This document shows, piece after piece, positions 56,776 through 64,000 of a DNA stretch of 64,000 nucleotides (positions are counted from its first letter, which is position 1; the number at the start of each line of letters is the position of its first letter). A model generated the notes under the pieces. That model saw nothing but the letters and a program-made list of their open reading frames with translations, was not told the DNA's origin and did not search any database. Made by a program: the position numbers and the translations under genes. Source of the stretch: Candidatus Altiarchaeota archaeon (GTDB lineage Archaea > Altiarchaeota > Altiarchaeia > IMC4 > SCGC-AAA252-I15); contig JBDRLL010000003.1 of NCBI GenBank assembly GCA_043813075.1, forward strand, positions 96,001 to 160,000. Direction: 5' to 3'.

Positions 56776-58047
56776 CTACTTCTCCCATATGTTTATGTTT
56801 TCCTTCCTCTTGGAAAAAGGATTCAACTCCAGTATTAGGGGGGTTATGAAGGCTATTAATGCCATTATGGAGTAGGGGAAGAAGAAGAATATGGCCAGCA
56901 GATGCCTCCATGTTATCCTAGTCCACCTTAGGATGGATAGTAGGTTATAGGATAGGCCAAGTAGGAATGACGTGAAGCAGAATATGAAGACTGTGGTCAT
57001 CGGGTACACGCCAGTGAGTGTGTTGTAGGAGTATTCAACCATCCCGTAGAGGGATATCCACCCGAAGAAATACTTGAGTACGCTGAATGAGAGGTAGTCG
57101 CTATATTTAGCGAAGTATATTATGTATCCGTTGGTTATCTGGTATAGAGAGATTGGAAGTGCTATGAAACCGTGTATGAACCAGTATAGTTGGGTTGGTA
57201 TCCCGTAGAATCCTATTGCCCCGTACTGGGGGTTGAATGGGACGTCCGAATGTTTTTTAACAACCTGTATCGTACCCCTTCCCCAACGGAACCTCTGGCG
57301 TAAGAGGGACTTTATGTCCTGAGGCACGTGCGTGTACATGACTGCGTCAGCCATCAGCATTCGGTAGCCGGCCTTCCTCAGACGCAGGCCAACCTCGAAA
57401 TCCTCTGAAAGCGTATCCCTTGTGAATCCGCCGATCTCTATTAGAGCGCTCTTTCGGAATGCTGTGAATCCTGGAAGCAGGTAAGTGGAGTCCAGCTTAT
57501 CGCATATGAGACGCCATGTCGAGGACATCAAGTACTCCAGGTCCTGGAACCAGACCAGAATGTTGTTGTTTACGATAGCCCTTATGACGCCGGAGACGGC
57601 GCCAACACGCTCGTCTGAGAATGGTGCCACCAGTTTGACCAGGGCGTCCGCGTTGAGCTTCGAGTCCGCGTCGACTACGACCACTATCTCGCCCTTAGCC
57701 TCGTTCAGGGCAGTGTTTATCGCATTTGACTTTCCACCGTGATCTAGGCTGATGAGATTCAGTCGGCTGTCGGAGGACATCACTTGCTTGACTAATGCCG
57801 CGGTATCGTCTGTCGAACCGTCGTCCACCACGATAACCTCCTTGACGCCGTCATAATCGGAGTCCAACGCATTCTGGATGGATTCCCTGATTATACCCGC
57901 CTCGTTGTGGGCTGGGAGTATTACTGAGACTGGGGGGAATATTGGTTCCGCTGGAGCTCTTCTCCGAGGAGTGAAGAAGAGGATTAGCCATGAGGAATAT
58001 AGCACTATCATGAATGAAAACAGCACTAGAAGTATCTCCTCAATCAT
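56776..58047 (-). CDS. Processive GT2 membrane glycosyltransferase (polysaccharide synthase-like)
   Basis: PAHNE, DDGSTD, GGKS.A, DAD, SED, QRFRW; C-terminal TM helices. Confidence 0.9.
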   Translation of the reverse strand: MIEEILLVLFSFMIVLYSSWLILFFTPRRRAPAEPIFPPVSVILPAHNEAGIIRESIQNALDSDYDGVKEVIVVDDGSTDDTAALVKQVMSSDSRLNLISLDHGGKSNAINTALNEAKGEIVVVVDADSKLNADALVKLVAPFSDERVGAVSGVIRAIVNNNILVWFQDLEYLMSSTWRLICDKLDSTYLLPGFTAFRKSALIEIGGFTRDTLSEDFEVGLRLRKAGYRMLMADAVMYTHVPQDIKSLLRQRFRWGRGTIQVVKKHSDVPFNPQYGAIGFYGIPTQLYWFIHGFIALPISLYQITNGYIIYFAKYSDYLSFSVLKYFFGWISLYGMVEYSYNTLTGVYPMTTVFIFCFTSFLLGLSYNLLSILRWTRITWRHLLAIFFFFPYSIMALIAFITPLILELNPFSKRKENINIWEK

Positions 58048-58072
58048 GTTCTATTATCGCCTCCAACGCCTA

Positions 58073-58753
58073 TTAATCACAGATGGACAGGTTGCTTGTG
58101 CTGCACAGTATCTCGGTCATCTGCTCCCTGTCGAGCAGGCTGCAGTGCGCTCTGTCACCGACAACAACACACGGGTACTCTGTCACATTGTATATCCCAA
58201 GCAGGACGTTGACTGAAGGCAGGTCCAGGTCCGCGTCAAAACTGAATACCGCTATCTCAGGGTCTATCTTCTGGTTGAAGTAGTTGAGCACGTAGGACTG
58301 CTTGTCGCAGTCCGGGCAGAATTCGCTCCTACGGTAGAAGTAGAGTATCTCCGTCTGGTTCATGTCGCACTGTTGCTTCATCTCCTTCAGCAGGGACAGG
58401 TATATGACTTCCTGCCGGTTGAACTTCTTCTTCTGGATGTTGTAGTATGGGTCGTTCATATATTCCCTGGTCAGCTCGCGGTAGGAATCTATCTTCTCGC
58501 CCATCTTCCATATCTTGGTGTCTAAAAGCTTTATGTTGGTCTCCAATGCTATGCAGCTCGCGTTCTCGCCGAAGACGCGCATCATTGTGGTCAACGCCTG
58601 CATCTCCTCAAAATCCTCGAGTATCTCTGCCATGCGCTCGTCCAGAGACTCCTCGCGCATTGAGTTAAGGTAGACGTTCAGCGAATAGACGCTCGCGAAT
58701 ATTATCAGTGTTATCACAAAAGCCTTCAGGAATATGGACTTGCCTACCTCCAT
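58073..58753 (-). CDS. Membrane-anchored thioredoxin-like (CPDC) protein
   Basis: N-terminal TM helix, coiled coil, ILYFY....CPDC, YNVTEYP.VVV. Confidence 0.8.
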   Translation of the reverse strand: MEVGKSIFLKAFVITLIIFASVYSLNVYLNSMREESLDERMAEILEDFEEMQALTTMMRVFGENASCIALETNIKLLDTKIWKMGEKIDSYRELTREYMNDPYYNIQKKKFNRQEVIYLSLLKEMKQQCDMNQTEILYFYRRSEFCPDCDKQSYVLNYFNQKIDPEIAVFSFDADLDLPSVNVLLGIYNVTEYPCVVVGDRAHCSLLDREQMTEILCSTSNLSICD

Positions 58754-59991
58754 TTTACCTCTTTTCTCGTCAACACGCTGTAGAATGAGTTAAGCCAGAA
58801 CATCTGGTAGAACACGAAGAAGAACACGAATCCTATGAAGCCTAGTACATTCTCCCTTATCCTCCTGCCCAGCGTATTGAAGCTAAGTTTGGTGAGTATC
58901 ACGGTGATGCATATCATCGTGAAAGCCATTGTGGTGAATATGTCTATGGACAGTGGATCCAACTCCAAGACGAAGTTGAAGTGGCTTAAGTCGAAGTTCA
59001 CCAGACTCAGGTAGTTTATGTTCTTCAGAATCTTTGATGAAAACAGGTAAATGGAGTAGATGAAGAGCATCATGCCCATTGTTATGAGAGAGTAGTTGAA
59101 TGGCACGTAAATGCCGAAGAGCCCCATCTTGCGGTTGAACATCATGTCCTTGTGCTGCCAGACAGTCAGAAGCGATCCGGAATACCACCTCTTCCTCTGC
59201 TTGAAGAGGGACTTGATGCTGGAGGGGACTATCGTGGACACCGAGGTTGAAAGGCAGAATGACAGCTTATAGCCGGCCTTCTGTATCCTGAAGGCTATCT
59301 CAAGGTCTTCGGTTATGTTCGTCTCGTCAAAGCCGCCCAGCTCTGTGAGAACGCTCTTACGGTATATGCTGAAAGGCCCTGGAGTCACGTGCATTATGTT
59401 GAGGAAGGATAGTATCTTCAGGGAAATCGACAATCCAACGACGTATTCAACGTCTATAACCTTCTCAAGGAAGTTTTTAGGCTCACGGACGTTAACCCTC
59501 ACGCTCACAGAACCCATCTTCGGGTCGCTGAAGTAACCGACCGTCTGTGAGAGTATGTCAGGCTTTACTAGGCTATCCCCGTCCATGCAGGCGATGAGTT
59601 CTCCGGAAGCGCGTCTTATGGCCTCATTTAGGCTGTAGCTTTTACCCTGATTCTCCACCCGATCTATGAATACAATGTTCAGAAACCTGTTTTGGGATAT
59701 GAATTCCTTGACTAGGGCGCTGGTATTGTCAGAAGACCCATCGTTTACCACTATGACCTCATATAAATCCTTCGGGTAGGTTATATTGGATAAGGAAATC
59801 AGAGCTGGTAGTATACCCTCCTCCTCATTGTATGCTGGCAGTATTATGCTTACCTTGGGTTTAGCCTCCTGACACCCCACTTTGGCGAATAACTGCCTCC
59901 TCTTCTCGAGGATTATGAGCAATACAGTCACCACAAAGAAGGTGGACATGAACCAGACGGTGAGGACCATTGTGGAGTAGATTACGTTCAT
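58744..59991 (-). CDS. Processive GT2 membrane glycosyltransferase (polysaccharide synthase-like)
   Basis: PAYNEE, NDGSSD, GKS..LN, DGD, TEDLE, QRKRW; TM helices. Confidence 0.9.
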   Translation of the reverse strand: MNVIYSTMVLTVWFMSTFFVVTVLLIILEKRRQLFAKVGCQEAKPKVSIILPAYNEEEGILPALISLSNITYPKDLYEVIVVNDGSSDNTSALVKEFISQNRFLNIVFIDRVENQGKSYSLNEAIRRASGELIACMDGDSLVKPDILSQTVGYFSDPKMGSVSVRVNVREPKNFLEKVIDVEYVVGLSISLKILSFLNIMHVTPGPFSIYRKSVLTELGGFDETNITEDLEIAFRIQKAGYKLSFCLSTSVSTIVPSSIKSLFKQRKRWYSGSLLTVWQHKDMMFNRKMGLFGIYVPFNYSLITMGMMLFIYSIYLFSSKILKNINYLSLVNFDLSHFNFVLELDPLSIDIFTTMAFTMICITVILTKLSFNTLGRRIRENVLGFIGFVFFFVFYQMFWLNSFYSVLTRKEVKWR

Positions 59992-60039
59992 CGTAAATCG
60001 GCCTTATTAGATAGGATACCTCCATTTATATAATACAGT

Positions 60040-60627
60040 ATGGCGTTAAAAGGGCTTAAAACCAGGGAAAACAGGCTGGAACTGCGCAGGCAGTTGGTTC
60101 ATATGACGGGGGGAGTGCTTATCAGCATAATGGCCTATCTGATGAAGCCGCTGTTGGGCTGGCTCATCGTATTCCCTGTCCTGGGGGGCCTCGCCTGGTT
60201 CCTGTCCGCACCAAAGCTCTTCCCCAACCTCAAGGACTCTAATTCCATACTATTCCACTTCGAGCGTGAAGAAGACGTGAGGACACTACCCTACAGGGGG
60301 GCGATATACTTCGGGTTCGGGATGCTTATACCCCTGGCTCTGCTGCCTACAGAACCTGCCTGCGCGGCGATAATAGTATTGAGTGTGGGGGACGCACTAT
60401 CCACAATAATAGGAAGACTCTACGGTAGGGTGAGGATAGGAGGCAAGAGTCTTGAGGGATTCGCGGCCTTCGTGATTTCAAGCTTTATCGCTGCACTAGC
60501 ATACGTCGACCCTAAGACAGCGATCGTTTTCGCAGTGATAGGGGGTGTGGTGGAGTTAATACCGCACGCCAACGACAACATATCAATACCAGCCGCACTG
60601 ACCCTGGCATACAAGACACTACTTTAA
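60040..60627 (+). CDS. Dolichol/phytol (polyprenol) kinase family membrane protein
   Basis: ELRRQLVH, GDALSTIIG..YG, KSLEG, DNISIP. Confidence 0.88.
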   Translation: MALKGLKTRENRLELRRQLVHMTGGVLISIMAYLMKPLLGWLIVFPVLGGLAWFLSAPKLFPNLKDSNSILFHFEREEDVRTLPYRGAIYFGFGMLIPLALLPTEPACAAIIVLSVGDALSTIIGRLYGRVRIGGKSLEGFAAFVISSFIAALAYVDPKTAIVFAVIGGVVELIPHANDNISIPAALTLAYKTLL

Positions 60628-61230
60628 AACGCGCACGCGCCGGCCATCAATCCGGAGCTTACCCTCGACAAACAACTTCACGGCCTCAGGATAGGCCTTA
60701 TGCTCCTGCTCTAGTATGCGGGCGGCCAGGGATGCCTCATCATCGCCTTCACGGACTTCAACAACCTTCTGGATTATTATTGGGCCATGGTCTACTTCAT
60801 CGTCGACGAAATGGACTGTGCATCCGGTAACCTTCACCCCGTATTCAAGGGCATCCCTCTGGCCGTGCAGTCCTGGAAATGACGGTAGTAGGGCGGGATG
60901 TATGTTTATGACACGGTTCTTGAACTCGCGGACAAAATAGGAGGATACTATCCGCATGTAGCCAGCCAACAGCACCAACTCCACGCCACGCTCCCTTAAC
61001 TCCCGGACAATCTCCCTGTCGAAATCATCACGAGAAGCATGGCTGGAGGGGTCTATGAATACCGAGTCTATGCCGTGTTTTCTAGCCCTCTCCTGGGCGT
61101 AAGCATCTTTCTTGTCCACTATGAGGACTACTATGCTGGCATCACGAACGTGGCTGGACTCAACAGCGTCTATCAACGCCTGGAAATTGCTCCCACGACC
61201 AGAAGCAAGGACACCAATCTTCACAACCAT
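60619..61230 (-). CDS. purN: Phosphoribosylglycinamide formyltransferase
   Basis: ASGRGSN, LAGYMRI, NIHPALLPSFPG, TGCTVHFV, DHGPII. Confidence 0.97.
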   Translation of the reverse strand: MVVKIGVLASGRGSNFQALIDAVESSHVRDASIVVLIVDKKDAYAQERARKHGIDSVFIDPSSHASRDDFDREIVRELRERGVELVLLAGYMRIVSSYFVREFKNRVINIHPALLPSFPGLHGQRDALEYGVKVTGCTVHFVDDEVDHGPIIIQKVVEVREGDDEASLAARILEQEHKAYPEAVKLFVEGKLRIDGRRVRVLK

Positions 61231-61286
61231 GTTATTGATTAATATTCTATGGAAAAAAATGATGTATCTAAGCTTATGAGGGTGAA

Positions 61287-62519
61287 ATGGACTCTTGGAT
61301 CTTGTTTTTCATAATAATGGGGTCAAGCTTCCTGCTCCCGGAGATAACCCGGAGATTCCACATACCATACGTGACCGCGCTCATGGTGGCAGGCATAATA
61401 ATAGGCCCGCGGGGCATGGGAATCATCGAAGTCGACGACACGCTGAGATTCCTCGGGGAGATAGGGGCGGTATTCCTCATGTTCACCGCAGGACTTGACG
61501 TGTGGCTCAGCAGCCTCAAGAAGATCAAGACGAAGATAGTAACAGTCTCCATGCTGAATGGCATAATGCCGTTCATAATCGGATACGCGATAACACAATA
61601 CCTGGGTTATGGCTTCTACCAGTCGCTGGTGATTGGCATACTATTCATATCCTCTTCAGTGGGCATCATAATACCGACGCTAAAGGAAGTCGGACTGATC
61701 TCAAAGGATTTGGGGAAGACGATACTAGCGGCAGTGGTGTTTGAAGACGTTGGAAGCCTCCTCCTGCTCACGCTAGTACTCCAGAAGATAAGCCCTAAAA
61801 GCTACCTGCCGCTCCCCATATTCATAACACTGGTAGTACTGCTGTTATACGTCATGATAAGAATACTACCCAGAATAGAGAAGTACTACCTCAGCCTCTG
61901 CCCGACGTGCACCGGAGAAGATGACGTGTTCGAGAGGGAACTCCGCTTTGTAGTGATGATACTCGTAGTCACATCCATACTATTCGAAGCACTAGGATTC
62001 CACGCGATAATAGCAGGCTTCTTCCTTGGCCTCATACTCTCAGACATAATAAAACACCGGCAGGTATTCCACAAGATACATACCATAGGATACGGCCTCT
62101 TCATCCCAGTATTCTTCCTTGTAATAGGAATGCAGACCAACATCAACGCAATATTAGATTCTAAAAGCCATTTCCTGGTGACATTCGCCATCGTCTCAGG
62201 CCTCTTAGCCAGCAAGGTGCTGAGCGGCGTCTTAGCGGGTTTTATGACCGGATTCGATGCGAAGGATAGCATCGTGATGGGGGTCTCGAGCATACCACAA
62301 CTCTCCACCACAATCGTAACGGCATTCGCAGCCTTCACATACCATGTGATAGACGAAGTCTTACTAGGCAGTGTGATAGTGTTGTCCATAGTGACAAGCT
62401 TTCTAGCACCCATCCTGGTGGGGATAGCATGTCATCCAAAGAGGAGGCTGGTGCGCAAGGGCCTTAGGAGGTACGAGAGGAGGGAGTACATAGACGAGTC
62501 TGATGAATTCATCGCCTAA
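61287..62519 (+). CDS. Cation:proton antiporter (CPA2/Kef-like)
   Basis: GIIIGP, FLMFTAGL, AAVVFED, IIAGFFLG, FIPVFF..IG. Confidence 0.9.
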   Translation: MDSWILFFIIMGSSFLLPEITRRFHIPYVTALMVAGIIIGPRGMGIIEVDDTLRFLGEIGAVFLMFTAGLDVWLSSLKKIKTKIVTVSMLNGIMPFIIGYAITQYLGYGFYQSLVIGILFISSSVGIIIPTLKEVGLISKDLGKTILAAVVFEDVGSLLLLTLVLQKISPKSYLPLPIFITLVVLLLYVMIRILPRIEKYYLSLCPTCTGEDDVFERELRFVVMILVVTSILFEALGFHAIIAGFFLGLILSDIIKHRQVFHKIHTIGYGLFIPVFFLVIGMQTNINAILDSKSHFLVTFAIVSGLLASKVLSGVLAGFMTGFDAKDSIVMGVSSIPQLSTTIVTAFAAFTYHVIDEVLLGSVIVLSIVTSFLAPILVGIACHPKRRLVRKGLRRYERREYIDESDEFIA

Positions 62520-63325
62520 CGCATCACTATCCGCCCAATCAGGTCCAGAGCCTCGCGATTCTCCCTCACGTCATGGACGCGGACCAATTCCACGCCATGG
62601 GAGACAAGATACGCGGTAACCGCGACAGTAGCGTTCACCCGCTCGCCCACAGGAAGATCCAGGGTCTTGCCTATGAAAGACTTGCGGGAATGGCCAACCA
62701 CCAGCGGGTAACCGAGGTCCTTGAACTCGTCGATGCGTCGGAGTATCTCGAGGTTGTGTTCGACGGTCTTGCCGAACCCTATGCCAGGGTCAACTAGGAT
62801 GTTTTTCGCATCAACGCCCTTGGATTCCGCATACCCGGCCTGCTTCCCCAAGAAGGCCTTTATTTCGCAGACGACGTCATCGTACTCTGGATTATCCTGC
62901 ATGCTGCTTGGGGAACCCTGCATGTGCATGATGCATACGGGGACGCCATGCCCTGCTACGAGTTCGGCCATTCCAGGAGTCCGCAGGCCGTTGACGTCGT
63001 TGACCATGCTGGCGCCAGCATTCAATGCGGCCTTGACGACATCAGGCTTGTATGAGTCTATCGACACGGGAATATCGTATTCACCGGTAATCTCCTTGAT
63101 GGCAGGGAGGACGCGGCCCAACTCTTCCTTAAGACTCAATGATTTCGCGCCAGGACGCGTGCTCTCACCACCAACATCTATTATGTCAGCACCCTCACCG
63201 ATCATCTTGCGCGCGTGGCTGAAAGCCTTAGCAGAATCATAATGTTCTCCACCATCACTGAACGAGTCGGGGGTGACATTGAGCACACCCATCAAACGCG
63301 TCTTGTCTCCGAACCTTACCCTCAT
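62516..63325 (-). CDS. folP: Dihydropteroate synthase
   Basis: MGVLNVTPDSFSDGG, DVGGESTRPG, DPGIGFGK, SRKSF, RVHDV. Confidence 0.96.
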   Translation of the reverse strand: MRVRFGDKTRLMGVLNVTPDSFSDGGEHYDSAKAFSHARKMIGEGADIIDVGGESTRPGAKSLSLKEELGRVLPAIKEITGEYDIPVSIDSYKPDVVKAALNAGASMVNDVNGLRTPGMAELVAGHGVPVCIMHMQGSPSSMQDNPEYDDVVCEIKAFLGKQAGYAESKGVDAKNILVDPGIGFGKTVEHNLEILRRIDEFKDLGYPLVVGHSRKSFIGKTLDLPVGERVNATVAVTAYLVSHGVELVRVHDVRENREALDLIGRIVMR

Positions 63326-63999
63326 AAAACACACTCCCTGAACCAAAACCGCCTGGCCTCCCCAACCAGGTAGATACTCCCCGCCACCAGCACCATATCA
63401 CCCCTGCCGGCAAGCCTTAAAGCCTCAACCAAAGCACTCTTAACGGAGGGGAAAGCCTTTGAGTTAGTATACTTACCCGCCTCTCTTGAAATAACACCAG
63501 CATCCAAAGCCCCCGCATAACCAGACTCCACAGCCAACACCATCTCAGACATGCCCGCTATCCGGGGTATCATATCCATGTAGTCCTTAGTCCTGGTGAA
63601 CCCCAACACAGTGAAAAGCCGGTCGTATTCAAACGACTCCATCGTCTTTAGCAGCGAGTCGAATCCTGAGGGATTATGAGCTCCGTCAAGAACAGTCAAC
63701 GGCCTCTTCCGCACCACCTCCATGCGGCCAGGCCACACAACCTTGCTTAAACCGACTTCAGTGTCGTCGACGTTAACCTCAATCCCAGACGAATCCAATT
63801 CTTCCAAGGCCGCTATAGCTGTCGCCGCATTGACCACCTGGTGGCCGCCCAAAAGCTTTAGCGTTAGGTTGTATGAATTGCGGGCGTCGACGAGCGCATT
63901 CTGCGCGTAGTCTACTATACCAAGGTCCTTGTATTTAACGTCAACACCAACCCTCACAAGACGGGAATTCTTTTCAGCGCAAACAGCCTTGAGAACATC
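63322..63999 (-). CDS. folC: Folylpolyglutamate synthase/dihydrofolate synthase, 5' end outside the window
   Basis: LLGGHQ..NA, WPGRME, LDGAHNP, AGSIYLVGE; frame stays open to the window end. Confidence 0.92.
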   Translation of the reverse strand, partial: DVLKAVCAEKNSRLVRVGVDVKYKDLGIVDYAQNALVDARNSYNLTLKLLGGHQVVNAATAIAALEELDSSGIEVNVDDTEVGLSKVVWPGRMEVVRKRPLTVLDGAHNPSGFDSLLKTMESFEYDRLFTVLGFTRTKDYMDMIPRIAGMSEMVLAVESGYAGALDAGVISREAGKYTNSKAFPSVKSALVEALRLAGRGDMVLVAGSIYLVGEARRFWFRECVL

Positions 64000-64000
64000 C

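Overview
Archaeal chromosomal segment with class I LysRS, PCNA, Spt5, L35Ae, short PurA, an intron-containing tRNA and many leaderless TATA-driven genes. Gene content and the Thr-rich/Cys-rich surface proteins suggest a DPANN-associated lineage such as Altiarchaeota (inference, not verified). Most of the window is housekeeping: purine synthesis (purA, purS/L/Q, purN), pcn, lysS, porCDAB, ftsZ-secE-spt5-rpl11-rpl1-rpl10, DRG GTPase, aroD/aroE, larB/larC, srp54, folP/folC. Five things stand out. (1) An 11-kb cluster of six radical SAM enzymes (three cobalamin-binding class, three divergent paralogs of tetraether synthase Tes/GDGT-MAS) plus a methyltransferase and a GT-C glycosyltransferase, next to a geranylgeranyl reductase. 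(2) A tRNA-Phe gene followed by a duplicate of its own 3' end whose T-loop is split by a 55-nt double-hairpin insert. (3) An unannotated 23-aa hydrophobic peptide coupled to a membrane-anchored ArsR-type regulator with an upstream palindrome. (4) Three tandem secreted thioredoxin-like paralogs lacking CxxC. (5) A GT2-CxxC protein-GT2 polysaccharide synthase-like operon. No CRISPR array, rRNA, integrase or transposase was seen. All family calls are from motif recognition, not database searches.
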